Origin: Eledone cirrhosa
Taxonomy: Eukaryota
Direction of reading: 5' to 3'
Assembly (NCBI GenBank): GCA_964016885.1
Contig: OZ024742.1
Span: 364,126,001 to 364,190,000 of the forward strand
DNA: 64,000 nucleotides
Positions 28,601 to 43,947 of this stretch are shown in pieces. Under the pieces are notes generated by a model. That model saw only the letters and a list, made by a program, of their open reading frames with translations, did not search any database and had not been told where the DNA came from. The stretch's first letter is position 1, and the number at the start of each line of letters is the position of its first letter. A program made the position numbers and the translations under genes.

Positions 28601-31600
28601 TGGTTGTATGTGTGTGATAGCCATATATACTGTATGTGTGATTGTATGTGTGTGATAGCCCTATATACTGTATGTAGTTGTATGTGTGTGATAGCCATAT
28701 ATACTGTATGTGGTTGTATGTGTGTGATAGCCATATATACTGTATGTGCGGTTGTATGTGTGTGATAGCCATATATACTGTATGTGTGGTTGTATGTGTG
28801 TGATAGCCATATATACTGTATGTGTGATTGTATGTGTGTGATAGCCATATATACTGTATGTGTGGTTGTATGTGTGTGATAGCCATATATACTATATGTG
28901 GTTGTATGTGTGTGATAGCCATATATACTGTATGTGGTTGTATGTGTGTGATAGCCATATATACTGTATGTGTGGTTGTATGTGTGTGATAGCCATATAT
29001 ACTCTATGTGTGGTTGTATGTGTGTGATAGCCATATATACTGTATGTGGTTGTATGTGTGTGATAGCCATATATACTGTATGTGTGGTTGTATGTGTGTG
29101 ATAGCCATATATACTGTATGTGTGGTTGTATGTGTGTGATAGCCCTATATGCTGTATGTGGTTGTATATGTGTGATAGCCATATATACTGTATGTGGTTG
29201 TATGTGTGTGATAGCCATATATACTGTATGTGTGGTTGTATGTGTGTGATAGCCATATATACTGTATGTGGTTGTATGTGTGTGATAGCCATATATACTG
29301 TATGTGTGGTTGTATGTGTGTGATAGCCATATATACTGTATGTGGTTGTATGTGTGTGATAGCCATATATACTGTATGTGGTTGTATGTGTGTGATAGCC
29401 ATATATACTGTATGTGTGGTTGTATGTGTGTGATAGCCCTATATACTGTATGTGTGGTTGTATGTGTGTGATAGCCATATATACTGTATGTGTGGTTGTA
29501 TGTGTGTGATAGCCATATATACTGTATGTGGTTGTATGTGTGTGATAGCCATATATACTGTATGTGGTTGTATGTGTGTGATAGCCATATATACTGTATG
29601 TGTGGTTGTATGTGTGTGATAGCCATATATACTGTATGTGGTTGTATGTGTGTGATAGCCATATATACTGTATGTGTGGTTGTATGTGTGTGATAGCCAT
29701 ATATACTGTATGTGGTTGTATGTGTGTGATAGCCATATATACTGTATGTGGTTGTATGTGTGTGATAGCCATATATACTGTATGTGTGGTTGTATGTGTG
29801 TGATAGCCATATATACTGTATGTGGTTGTATGTGTGTGATAGCCATATATACTGTATGTGGTTGTATGTGTGTGATAGCCATATATACTGTATGTGTGGT
29901 TGTATGTGTGTGATAGCCCTATATACTGTATGTGTGGTTGTATGTGTGTGATAGCCATATATACTGTATGTGTGGTTGTATGTGTGTGATAGCCATATAT
30001 ACTGTATGTGGTTGTATGTGTGTGATAGCCATATATACTGTATGTGGTTGTATGTGTGTGATAGCCATATATACTGTATGTGTGGTTGTATGTGTGTGAT
30101 AGCCATATATACTGTATGTGGTTGTATGTGTGTGATAGCCATATATACTGTATGTGTGGTTGTATGTGTGTGATAGCCATATATACTGTATGTGGTTGTA
30201 TGTGTGTGATAGCCATATATACTGTATGTGGTTGTATGTGTGTGATAGCCATATATACTGTATGTGTGGTTGTATGTGTGTGATAGCCATATATACTGTA
30301 TGTGGTTGTATGTGTGTGATAGCCATATATACTGTATGTGTGGTTGTATGTGTGTGATAGCCATATTTACTGTATGTGGTTGTATGTGTGTGATAGCCAT
30401 ATATACTGTATGTGGTTGTATGTGTGTGATAGCCATATATACTGTATGTGTGGTTGTATGTGTGTGATAGCCCTATATACTGTATGTGTGGTTGTATGTG
30501 TGTGATAGCCATATATACTGTATGTGTGGTTGTATGTGTGTGATAGCCATATATACTGTATGTGGTTGTATGTGTGTGATAGCCATATATACTGTATGTG
30601 TGGTTGTATGTGTGTGATAGCCATATATACTGTATGTGGTTGTATGTGCGTGATAGCCATATATACTGTATGTGTGGTTGTATGTGTGTGATAGCCATAT
30701 ATACTGTATGTGTGGTTGTATGTGTGTGATAGCCATATATACTGTATGTGGTTGTATGTGCGTGATAGCCATATATACTGTATGTGTGGTTGTATGTGTG
30801 TGATAGCCATATATACTGTATGTGTAGTTGTATGTGTGTGATAGCCATATATACTGTATGTGGTTGTATGTGTGTGATAGCCATATATACTGTATGTGGT
30901 TGTATGTGTGTGATAGCCATATATACTGTATGTGTGGTTGTATGTGTGTGATAGCCCTATATACTGTATGTGGTTGTATGTGTGTGATAGCCATATATAC
31001 TGTATGTGGTTGTATGTGTGTGATAGCCATATATACTGTATGTGTGGTTGTATGTGTGTGATAGCCATATATACTGTATGTGTGGTTGTATGTGTGTGAT
31101 AGCCATATATACTGTATGTGTGGTTGTATGTGTGTGATAGCCATATATACTGTATGTGTGGTTGTATGTGTGTGATAGCCCTATTTACTGTATGTGGTTG
31201 TATGTGTGTGATAGCCATATATACTGTATGTGGTTGTATGTGTGTGATAGCCATATATACTGTATGTGTGGTTGTATGTGTGTGATAGCCATATATACTG
31301 TATGTGGTTGTATGTGTGTGATAGCCATATATACTGTATGTGGTTGTATGTGTGAGATAGCCATATATACTGTATGTGGTTGTATGTGTGGTTGTATGTG
31401 TGTGATAGCCATATATACTGTATGTGGTTGTATGTGTGTGATAGCCATATATACTGTATGTGTGGTTGTATGTGTGTGATAGCCATATATACTGTATGTG
31501 GTTGTATGTGTGTGATAGCCCTATATACTGTATGTAGTTGTATGTGTGTGATAGCCATATATACTGTATGTGGTTGTATGTGTGTGATAGCCATATATAC

Positions 31601-34600
31601 TGTATGTGTGGTTGTATGTGTGTGATAGCCATATATACTGTATGTGGTTGTATGTGTGTGATAGCCATATATACTGTATGTGTGGTTGTATGTGTGTGAT
31701 AGCCATATATACTGTAAGTGTGGTTGTATGTGTGTGATAGCCATATATACTGTATGTGGTTGTATGTGTGTGATAGCCATATATACTGTATGTGTGATTG
31801 TATGTGTGTGATAGCCCTATATACTGTATGTAGTTGTATGTGTGTGATAGCCATATATACTGTATGTGGTTGTATGTGTGTGATAGCCATATATACTGTA
31901 TGTGCGGTTGTATGTGTGTGATAGCCATATATACTGTATGTGTGGTTGTATGTGTGTGATAGCCATATATACTGTATGTGTGGTTGTATGTGTGTGATAG
32001 CCATATATACTGTATGTGTGGTTGTATGTGTGTGATAGCCATATATACTATATGTGGTTGTATGTGTGTGATAGCCATATATACTGTATGTGGTTGTATG
32101 TGTGTGATAGCCATATATACTGTATGTGTGGTTGTATGTGTGTGATAGACATATATACTCTATGTGTGGTTGTATGTGTGTGATAGCCATATATACTGTA
32201 TGTGGTTGTATGTGTGTGATAGCCATATATACTGTATGTGTGGTTGTATGTGTGTGATAGCCATATATACTGTATGTGTGGTTGTATGTGTGTGATAGCC
32301 CTATATGCTGTATGTGGTTGTATGTGTGTGATAGCCATATATACTGTATGTGGTTGTATGTGTGTGATAGCCATATATACTGTATGTGTGGTTGTATGTG
32401 TGTGATAGCCATATATACTGTATGTGGTTGTATGTGTGTGATAGCCATATATACTGTATGTGGTTGTATGTGTGTGATAGCCATATATACTGTATGTGTG
32501 GTTGTATGTGTGTGATAGCCATATATACTGTATGTGGTTGTATGTGTGTGATAGCCATATATACTGTATGTGGTTGTATGTGTGTGATAGCCATATATAC
32601 TGTATGTGTGGTTGTATGTGTGTGATAGCCCTATATACTGTATGTGTGGTTGTATGTGTGTGATAGCCATATATACTGTATGTGTGGTTGTATGTGTGTG
32701 ATAGCCATATAGACTGTATGTGTGGTTGTATGTGTGTGATAGCCATATATACTGTATGTGTGGTTGTATGTGTGTGATAGCCATATATACTGTATGTGTG
32801 GTTGTATGTGTGTGATAGCCATATATACTGTATGTGTGGTTGTATGTGTGTGATAGCCATATATACTGTATGTGTGGTTGTATGTGTGTGATAGCCATAT
32901 ATACTGTATGTGGTTGTATGTGTGTGATAGCCATATAAACTGTATGTGTGGTTGTATGTGTGTGATAGCCATATATACTGTATGTGTGGTTGTATGTGTG
33001 TGATAGCCATATATACTGTATGTGGTTGTATGTGTGTGATAGCCATATATACTGTATGTGGTTGTATGTGTGTGATAGCCATATATACTGTATGTGGTTG
33101 TATGTGTGTGATAGCCATATATACTGTATGTGGTTGTATGTGTGTGATAGCCATATATACTGTATGTGTGCTTGTATGTGTTTGATAGCCATATATACTG
33201 TATGTGGTTGTATGTGTGTGATAGCCATATATACTGTATGTGTGGTTGTATGTGTGTGATAGCCATATATACTGTATGTGGTTGTATGTGTGTGATAGCC
33301 ATATATACTGTATGTGTGGTTGTATGTGTGTGATAGCCATATATACTGTATGTGTGGTTGTATGTGTGTGATAGCCATATATACTGTATGTGGTTGTATG
33401 TGTGTGATAGCCATATATACTGTATGTGTGATTGTATGTGTGTGATAGCCCTATATACTGTATGTAGTTGTATGTGTGTGATAGCCATATATACTGTATG
33501 TGGTTGTATGTGTGTGATAGCCATATATACTGTATGTGCGGTTGTATGTGTGTGATAGCCATATATACTGTATGTGTGGTTGTATGTGTGTGATAGCCAT
33601 ATATACTGTATGTGTGGTTGTATGTGTGTGATAGCCATATATACTGTATGTGTGGTTGTATGTGTGTGATAGCCATATATACTATATGTGGTTGTATGTG
33701 TGTGATAGCCATATATACTGTATGTGGTTGTATGTGTGTGATAGCCATATATACTGTATGTGTGGTTGTATGTGTGTGATAGCCATATATACTCTATGTG
33801 TGGTTGTATGTGTGTGATAGCCATATATACTGTATGTGGTTGTATGTGTGTGATAGCCATATATACTGTATGTGTGGTTGTATGTGTGTGATAGCCATAT
33901 ATACTGTATGTGTGGTTGTATGTGTGTGATAGCCCTATATGCTGTATGTGGTTGTATGTGTGTGATAGCCATATATACTGTATGTGGTTGTATGTGTGTG
34001 ATAGCCATATATACTGTATGTGTGGTTGTATGTGTGTGATAGCCATATATACTGTATGTGGTTGTATGTGTGTGATAGCCATATATACTGTATGTGGTTG
34101 TATGTGTGTGATAGCCATATATACTGTATGTGTGGTTGTATGTGTGTGATAGCCATATATACTGTATGTGGTTGTATGTGTGTGATAGCCATATATACTG
34201 TATGTGGTTGTATGTGTGTGATAGCCATATATACTGTATGTGTGGTTGTATGTGTGTGATAGCCCTATATACTGTATGTGTGGTTGTATGTGTGTGATAG
34301 CCATATATACTGTATGTGTGGTTGTATGTGTGTGATAGCCATATATACTGTATGTGTGGTTGTATGTGTGTGATAGCCCTATATACTGTATGTGTGGTTG
34401 TATGTGTGTGATAGCCATATAGACTGTATGTGTGGTTGTATGTGTGTGATAGCCATATATACTGTATGTGTGGTTGTATGTGTGTGATAGCCATATATAC
34501 TGTATGTGTGGTTGTATGTGTGTGATAGCCATATATACTGTATGTGTGGTTGTATGTGTGTGATAGCCATATATACTGTATGTGTGGTTGTATGTGTGTG

Positions 34601-35114
34601 ATAGCCATATATACTGTATGTGGTTGTATGTGTGTGATAGCCATATATACTGTATGTGTGGTTGTATGTGTGTGATAGCCATATATACTGTATGTGTGGT
34701 TGTATGTGTGTGATAGCCATATATACTGTATGTGTGGTTGTATGTGTGGTTGTATGTGTGTGATAGCCATATATACTGTATGTGGTTGTATGTGTGTGAT
34801 AGCCATATATACTGTATGTGTGGTTGTATGTGTGTGATAGCCATATATACTGTATGTGTGGTTGTATGTGTGGTTGTATGTGTGTGTTAGCCATATATAC
34901 TGTATGTGGTTGTATGTGTGTGATAGCCATATATACTGTATGTGTGGTTGTATGTGTGTGATAGCCATATATACTGTATGTGTGGTTGTATGTGTGTGAT
35001 AGCCATATATACTGTATGTGGTTGCATGTGAGATATAGCCTTATATCCTGCAGGTGGTTGTATGTGAGATATAGCCTTATATACTGTATGTGTGTGAGCT
35101 AGCCATATATACTA
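22617..35114. repeat. 12.5-kb minisatellite array, 36/38-bp unit GTGGTTGTATGTGTGTGATAGCC(A/C)TATATACTGTAT(GT)
   Basis: Directly visible tandem array of roughly 330-340 units by length; two unit lengths differing by one GT; edges decay into CA/GT microsatellite. Confidence 0.98.
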
Positions 35115-35692
35115 CACACAGACACACCGACGCACTTCACATATGTATATACACACACAGTAAAAAAACCAGCACACACAAACTGCTATACATATGCATT
35201 CATGCATGCATACATGCATACACACACATATATATATATATATATACACACACACAAACTGCTATACATGTGCATTCGTGTATGCATACATACATACACA
35301 CACACACATATATTTACACACACAAACTGCTATGCATATGAATTCATATATGCATACATACATACACACACACATATATACAGAAATATACATGCAGATA
35401 CCTGCACACCAAAGAGAAACACACGATCACGCTACCACATACACTCATGTCTATACACACACACACAGATCTCTTCCTGTGTATAGTAGACGTTATGCCA
35501 TAAATATTGGTGTAGTAAGAGAAATGGCGGTAAGGTATGAGATGCAATGACGTGATGTATTGCATGTCTCTAAGTTGTAAGTTCAAAGCCCACTTACGCC
35601 AGCTTTGAATTTTAAGCTTGCGAAGTTGATAAAGAAAATACTACTACAGTACTCTCTCTCTCTCACTCTCTCAAAACATAATAATTATTGCT

Positions 35693-35902
35693 GATTTAGG
35701 CACAAGGCCACCGATTTTGGGGAGTATGGAAAAGCGATTAAATCGATGCCTTGCATTACTGGTGCTTTATTTTATCGACCACGCAAGAGTAAAAGGCAAA
35801 ACTAACGACGGCGGGATTTGAACTCAGACTGTAAAAGACTGTAACTATAAGCTGCAAATACTGTTGTCCAGGGCTCTACTAATATTGCCAATTCACCGCC
35901 TT
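35693..35902 (-). mobile_element. tRNA-derived SINE, octopus-type family
   Basis: Minus strand ggcggtgaattggcaatatt...gagttcaaatcccgccg...tttgccttt...ggtcgataaaa...ggccttgtgcctaaa; homologous to 46441-46620. Confidence 0.75.
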
Positions 35903-36109
35903 TTTCTTAAAATATAATAATATAAAAGAACCGACTCTGGTTTGTCCTAAGCACATCGCAATACCAATGAAACACCGTATGTAGCGACAAACTTCCAGAA
36001 TGATTGGACCAACATAACTCACCAAACGTTGAGAACCTCTACATACATCATTGTATATATTGCCTGTAAACTTAAGAATGATCGTAACAAGTGTGTGTGT
36101 TGCTTATTT

Positions 36110-36600
36110 CGGAGCAATATATATTTACTTGGCAGTTTCATGAATACAGGGCACAATGTAGACACCCAGAGAGACAAGGCATTGCTTCAATTCCCTATCT
36201 GATCTGTGGCTGTCTCCGAACAAGGAAACAAATAAAATAAGGTTACTCAAAGCAACGGCTGAGTCCATTCTACTCTACGGATGTGAGTCATGGACAGTAA
36301 CACAAACACTCACGAAGAGGTTTCATTGCACATTTACCCGGATACAAAGAATGGTCCTGAACATATCCCGGAGCAAATAAAGCATTCTACGGTTACACCT
36401 TTGCCTCAGGAGGCTCGCAATATCCGAACAGGTAAAAACCCTCAATTAAACTGCCAGCGGAGTTCTTTTCTGGAAACCTGATGTGTGAAGACGAGTTGGG
36501 AGACCAACCACAACACTGAAAAATGTTCCTGAAGATGAAACCTGGACAGGGTGAGCTAGAGGAGGAACTTCGGAATGACACCGGTAACAGATCTATGTGA
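36110..36600 (+). pseudogene. Old, degenerate RTE-type LINE 3' fragment
   Basis: LLKATAESILLYGCESWTVTQTLTKR resembles LFIAVVESVLLYGSETWTLTTKL of the 7264-9575 element. Confidence 0.6.
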
Positions 36601-36604
36601 CGTC

Positions 36605-36912
36605 ACATGGTTGTGTGGTTAATGTATTCAGCTGACGATCGAAAGCTTATAAATTCGAATCCCGGCAGCGCATTACGTTTTTCAGTGCGACAATTTAATA
36701 CATGTTACTACAATCCACCGAGTATGTGGTGTACCCGTACTTCTAAAAAACATCTTTGCCACATTATGTGTCCCGCAAACTTACCATAGAACTACCTGAA
36801 GGGTACACGTCTCTGTAGAATGGTCAGTCACGTGTACAATAATTTATCAAGCAGTCTCCACAGCTGGACACAATTACTGTAACAGTTGTCACGTAAGCGA
36901 ATGAGTGCCAGA
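36605..36912 (+). mobile_element. Probable tRNA-derived SINE
   Basis: A-box-like TGGTTGTGTGG and B-box-like ATTCGAATCCC at tRNA spacing; ends at a TA tract. Confidence 0.45.
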
Positions 36913-36943
36913 TTGTATATATATACACATGTATATACATATA

Positions 36944-37009
<66 letters not shown>

Positions 37010-37011
<2 letters not shown>

Positions 37012-37062
37012 TTTCAACACTCGTTTTCAGATATAATATCTTGCTAAATAAATTCAGAAACG

Positions 37063-37114
<52 letters not shown>

Positions 37115-37165
37115 TTTCTGAATATATTTAGCAAGATATTTTATCTGAAAACGTGTGTTGAAACC
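37010..37165. repeat. Inverted repeat centred on a (TA)n tract
   Basis: ggtttcaacactcgttttcagatataatatcttgctaaataaattcagaaacgat-(TA)n-atcgtttctgaatatatttagcaagatattttatctgaaaacgtgtgttgaaacc. Confidence 0.85.
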
Positions 37166-37166
37166 G

Positions 37167-37618
37167 ATATTGTTATACTTTGGGAGGGTCAGGTTGCCAA
37201 TAAGAAACACACGCACCAGTCGCTTTCACTTCAATTTATTATAAATTTCCGGTTGGTTGGTTGGTTCCACAACTCGATGGTTGTTCATACATTGTCAAAG
37301 TTCTTTCGTCACACATTCTGTGAACACTTCAATGACTGGGGATTATTTTCTTTGTTTTGTGCCTCTCCTTTGTTCTGTCCTATGCCATATTGTCTGAAAA
37401 AACAAGATGGCGTAGGACAGAACAAAGGTGAGGCACAAAACAAAGACCTGTCACTGAAGAGGTCACAGAATGAGTGACGAAAGAACTTTGACAATATATC
37501 AACAACCATCCGGTTGTGGATCCAACCAACCAATCGGAAATTTATAATAAATTGAAGTGAAAGCAACTGGTGCGTGTGTTTCTTATTGGTAACACGACCC
37601 CCCCCCCCCCCAAAGTAT

Positions 37619-37624
<6 letters not shown>
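37167..37624. mobile_element. Inverted pair of pLTRs (family of 21060-21370)
   Basis: 37167-37393 is the reverse complement of 37401-37624; both match the 3' end of the 19975-21370 PLE, including the hammerhead. Confidence 0.85.
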
Positions 37625-37660
<36 letters not shown>

Positions 37661-37953
37661 CATTGCAAGTTTGAAGAATTTTTAGATAAAATATTTACAG
37701 TATTTCCTCTTAGTTACATTTAAAACTTATAGCCTCGTTTAAATGATTATTTATGTGGTTGATTTATATGGACTAGGGAGACGAAATGCTGTATATATTT
37801 TATGTAATAATTCTTCAAACTTGCAATTTTATATATAGCTCTGATTAATGGTTATATGCTTAATTAATTTTTTATTGAGCCACACCGTGAAAGGTCGCCA
37901 AACTCATATTTGTACCTGTGACAATGTCTAATTATATATATATGCCCTTTTGA

Positions 37954-37990
<37 letters not shown>

Positions 37991-38148
37991 TTAGTTATAA
38001 TATCTATGGTTATGTAAATACAAAACCTTATGCAGTTATAAGTATTTTACATACACCCTAAATAGTGGTAGGCAGTAATGTATTACTACCTTATTACCAG
38101 TAAGTTAAGTAGCTCAATGTAAAAACATCAGATGATTTACAGAGCAGT

Positions 38149-39482
38149 TATATGAAATATAAGAATCAAAGAGCTGTTCAAAACATTATTGTGCTTACAG
38201 CTGTTTCCTCCAAACCGAGGTTTGGATTCTTCGGAGCAATTTATTAATGCATGGACAGTTATATGACCTCCTTTTCAGCCGAGAGACATACCGATACATA
38301 TTCAAACATTGTGGGTCAACATTCATTACAGAATTTAGAGTGGCAGTACACACTTCGAGATTACATTTATATTAAGATGTACAATCAAAAATCAAAAATA
38401 CAGGTTAAAATACAACATGAAGATAAGCGGTTATATAGTGGAAATGTTATGTGTGGCAGGCATGTGCGCCTTGTTTATATAGTGTGGCAGAGAGATATGT
38501 GTGGTAGAGGCGCTTAGGTAGGTAAACAAGAGTGTTAGGTTGGTAGATCTGGTGGCAAATTCTTTATATGATTGATATAGTCTGTGTGTGGAGAAATGTT
38601 ATAAGCATTAAAATTAGTGCAAGCATTAAAGGTGTTAAAAGTGTTGGAGATGCACAGCGAAGGTATGTCAAGCATTTCATGTACTTCGACATTTTCATGG
38701 TCAGGGGAGTGTATTTTTCGATTATATGCCCCTCACATAATCCACGACAATTTAATATTGAGCGTTTGACAATCCAGTTAGAGATCGTAGTCTGGTGTTC
38801 TTTAGTTACTACGATCTCTAACTGGATTGACTACGATCTCTAACTGGATTGACTACGATCTCTAACTGGATTGTCAAACGCTCAATATCAAATTGTCGTG
38901 GATTATGTGAGGGGCATATAATCGAAAAATACACTCCCCTGACCATGAAAATGTCGAAGTACATGAAATGCTTGACATACCTTCGCTGTGCATCTCCAAC
39001 ACTTTTAACACTTTTAATGCTTGCACTATTTTTAATGCTTATAACATTTCTCCACACACAGACTATATCAATCATATAAAGAATTTGCCACCAGATCTAC
39101 CAACCTAACACTCTTGTTTACCTACCTAAGCGCCTCTACCACACATATCTCTCTGCCACACTATATAAACAAGGCGCACATGCCTGCCACACATAACATT
39201 TCCACTATATAACCGCTTATCTTCATGTTGTATTTTAACCTGTATTTTTGATTTTTGATTGTACCTCTTAATATAAATGTAATCTCGAAGTGTGTACTGT
39301 CACTCTAAATTCTGTAATGAATGTTGACCCACAATGTTTGAATATGTATAGGTATGTCTCTCGGCTTAAAAGGAGGTCATATAACTGTCCATGCAGTAAT
39401 AAATTGCTCCGAAGAACCCATACCTCGGTTTGGAGGAAACAGCTGTAAGCACAATAATGTTTTGAACAGCTCTTTGATTCTT

Positions 39483-39492
<10 letters not shown>
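38149..39492. mobile_element. 1.34-kb near-perfect palindrome (fold-back PLE derivative) with a hammerhead in each arm
   Basis: 38149-38791 is the reverse complement of about 38850-39492; centre has three tandem copies of actacgatctctaactggattg; CCGAAGA hammerhead at 39405-39451 (+) and 38192-38238 (-). Confidence 0.9.
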
Positions 39493-39561
<69 letters not shown>

Positions 39562-39645
39562 ATAATTATAAATTTGAAGACAAAAATCCAAAGAGGGATC
39601 GGCAAGGATAAATATATATCAAATATATAAAAACCGGAGAGCAAA

Positions 39646-40290
39646 TATTTATTAAAATAACAGATTAAAGTTTAAGCGAAGAATCGCTGCTTTCACCCTT
39701 AACGGGATCTTCTGAAACTAACAAAATCAGCGTCTTTACATGCATACCCATTCTTTTCGTTACTCTCTAAGAAGGAATATGACGTCACTTTAAGCTTATA
39801 ACTGGAGTCTAAAAGACAACCACACCCAATATAAGTTACACTGGGAGATCCTAGCTAGGGCTAGATCGTATAACGGAAATAAAAGACCATGTGACCACTG
39901 CGCCGCTGAGGCCCTGGAAATACTCTACGCCACAGACCACATCTTAAACAAAAAATCTGAGGCAATTTCGGCTTGTAAACTTAAATTGCACAAAACTTTC
40001 CTGTATTACAGCCCCACATTATACCCTAACGGATAGTACGATCTATACGTGGATATTTTACGTCTTGATGTGGTAGCTAAGTATATGTTATGTTTATACC
40101 ATTACTTATTTGCATAGCGAATGTTTCCACGAACCAAAGTATCGTCTTCCTGTCTTCCTCCGGTTGCAACGTTTTTTGAAATATCCACTTCTGCGTTTAC
40201 AGATTGACTTTGTTAGTTTCAGAAGATCCCGTTAAGGGTGAAAGCAGCGATTCTTTGCTTAAACTTTAATCTGTTATTTTAATAAATATA
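39646..40290 (+). mobile_element. Short Naiad-like PLE: inverted 5' pLTR, GIY-YIG C-terminal fragment and pLTR
   Basis: NWSLKDNHTQYKLHWEILARARSYNGNKRPCDHCAAEALEILY..ILNKKSEAISAC resembles the 51206-51775 C-terminus; 39646-39724 is the reverse complement of 40210-40290. Confidence 0.75.
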
Positions 40291-40298
40291 TATATATA

Positions 40299-41741
<1,443 letters not shown>

Positions 41742-41858
41742 GTATATGCACACACACATATACACGCACATATGCATTCATATATTTATGTATATGTATA
41801 TATAACAGAGTGAGATAGAGATAGAGAGCGAGAGGTAGCGATACTGACAGAGAGAGAG

Positions 41859-41932
<74 letters not shown>

Positions 41933-42104
41933 GTGTGTGTGTCAGTAGCAGTATTCGTCGATCTATAAAAACTAACCAGTTCAGGTAAACTGCTGAACGA
42001 CATCGTAACAACAAGACTACCATAATTATTTCCCTTAGACTGTTCCATTTGTCTACGTACATCTATATACTGTATACAGATAAAAGCTATCTATATGTCT
42101 AACA

Positions 42105-42615
42105 ATCAAACCGTCACCCTCCTTAAAAAATGAGGGAGAGGCGATTCTCCTACGTGTTATGGCTATGGTGAAATAGGTTATATGGTGGACGAGGTTAAAA
42201 GGGCTGAGGTCAGAGACCTTTCTCTCCGGCGAGCAAATGATTCGTTTTTCAAGTATCATTTTGGAAGAAGAATCAGGATGGAGAGAGAGGTGCTGTACCC
42301 CAGCAAATTTTATAAAAGGTGGGTGAATGTGGCAAAGATGGCCCGAGTGGTTGGGCCTTCTCTCTATATAAGCCTGTAGGTTGAGGAAAAAGAGGAAGAG
42401 AGGAAGGGAGTACTCACTCTTGCTGCTCCTGGAGATGAGGGTTGTACATTTGTTCGGGGTGTGTACAACCCCTGTGTAACACCTCCCCCCTATTGGGGAT
42501 TTCAATTGTTATTTGTTACTGTATTAATAGTTTTATTTTCATATACCTGTATGTAAACTCCCCATTTGTATTTGTCCCCTTCTTTTGAGCCCTCGTGGCT
42601 AATAAAGAAATTTAT
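42105..42615 (+). mobile_element. 3' end of an L1/Tx1-like LINE
   Basis: MAMVK*VIWWTRLKGL...FFKYHFGRRIRMERE..FYKRWVNVAKMARV* resembles Tx1/L1 ORF2 C-termini; 3' UTR ends AATAAAGAAATT. Confidence 0.5.
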
Positions 42616-42627
42616 CTTACTCTATGT

Positions 42628-42678
<51 letters not shown>

Positions 42679-42911
42679 TCTATATCTATATATCTATCTA
42701 TATATATATATATATGTATCCTTATTATATATATATAACAAAAGAGGTGTGGTAAGGAACCAGATGGACTATAACGCACCAGGGTACTGAATACTTAGGG
42801 TAGTGAAGTGGGTAATAGGAAAAATGTTAACCCCGACGGCAAAGCTGAAACCGTTTCGACGGCTATTTCGTCGAAACGGCTTGAGCTCTTCCGTCGGGGT
42901 TAAACATTTTC

Positions 42912-42962
<51 letters not shown>

Positions 42963-42971
42963 ATATCTATC

Positions 42972-43323
42972 TAAGGCGGGTAAAATTCCCGAGATCCATG
43001 GACGAGTTCTCTCCAGCGGTCTCTGTCCCTCATTATCGCTGCCATATCCTGCATCTCCAACAGACCAGTGTCTGTCCTTAAGGCATCAACATATGTTAAC
43101 CTTGGTCTTCCTCTTCTAGTGTGTCCATGTAGGGGCTCCCAAAGGAGCACTGAGTGCAATGTCAACTCTGGATGTCGGTGAGCATGTCCAGCCAACCTTA
43201 ATCTCCTCTGTGTTACTTTTGAGCTGACTTTTGGGATGCTCCCATACAGCTCTGAGTTTTTCATCCTCAGTGTATGGTGGATGGGTGCTACACGAGAATG
43301 CTGAGGATGGCTCTGAACATTAA
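42972..43323 (-). mobile_element. Short RTE copy (family of 7264-9575) with a 5' inversion
   Basis: 42972-43273 is the reverse complement of about 9273-9575; 43273-43323 matches 9219-9269 in forward orientation; TA on both sides. Confidence 0.9.
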
Positions 43324-43335
43324 TATATATATATA

Positions 43336-43630
43336 TATTAGTAAAAGGAAAAGAAAATGCTGACAAATTTTTCCCAGTGAAAAATAGTTTAATTAGGAAT
43401 AAGTAAAAATTAGTAATAAGTATTGGTTAGTATTCAGTTTTAGTTTTAAGTTTTTACTGGTTGCGCATTTCTAATGCTTTTCAAAAATAATTTTGAGATA
43501 GAGCGCTCGTGATGTTTGCTCTAATCTGATTAAAGCAAACATCACGAGCGCTAATTTTTACTTATTCCTAATTAAACTATTTTTCACTGGGAAAAATTTG
43601 TCACCATTTTCTTTTCCTTTTACTAATATA
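43336..43630. mobile_element. Fold-back terminal fragment of the family at 53545-53725
   Basis: 43338-43530 matches 53545-53722; right arm 43534-43628 is its reverse complement with an internal deletion. Confidence 0.8.
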
Positions 43631-43764
43631 TCACAACTCGTGTGTTACACCTCTATTTTTTAAAATATATATATATATATATGGTTGGAAAATCACTGAC
43701 GAAGGAGTATTTTTATCATATGTAACCATTGTGCAAACCACGCAGTATTCTTCTTTCTTCTCAT

Positions 43765-43947
<183 letters not shown>

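Noticed and set aside
22452-34968. Very long ORFs (up to 1015 aa; MAITHIQPH/YIWLSHTYNH repeats)
   Set aside because: Translation artefacts of a stop-poor 36/38-bp minisatellite; frames switch with unit length and there is no unique sequence
22617-35114. CRISPR-like array (36-38-bp periodicity)
   Set aside because: Pure head-to-tail repeats with no unique spacers, no cas genes and a eukaryotic context
42240-42620. Solo LTR (TATA-like and AATAAA motifs)
   Set aside because: No clear TG...CA boundaries or TSD; better explained as a LINE ORF2 end plus 3' UTR
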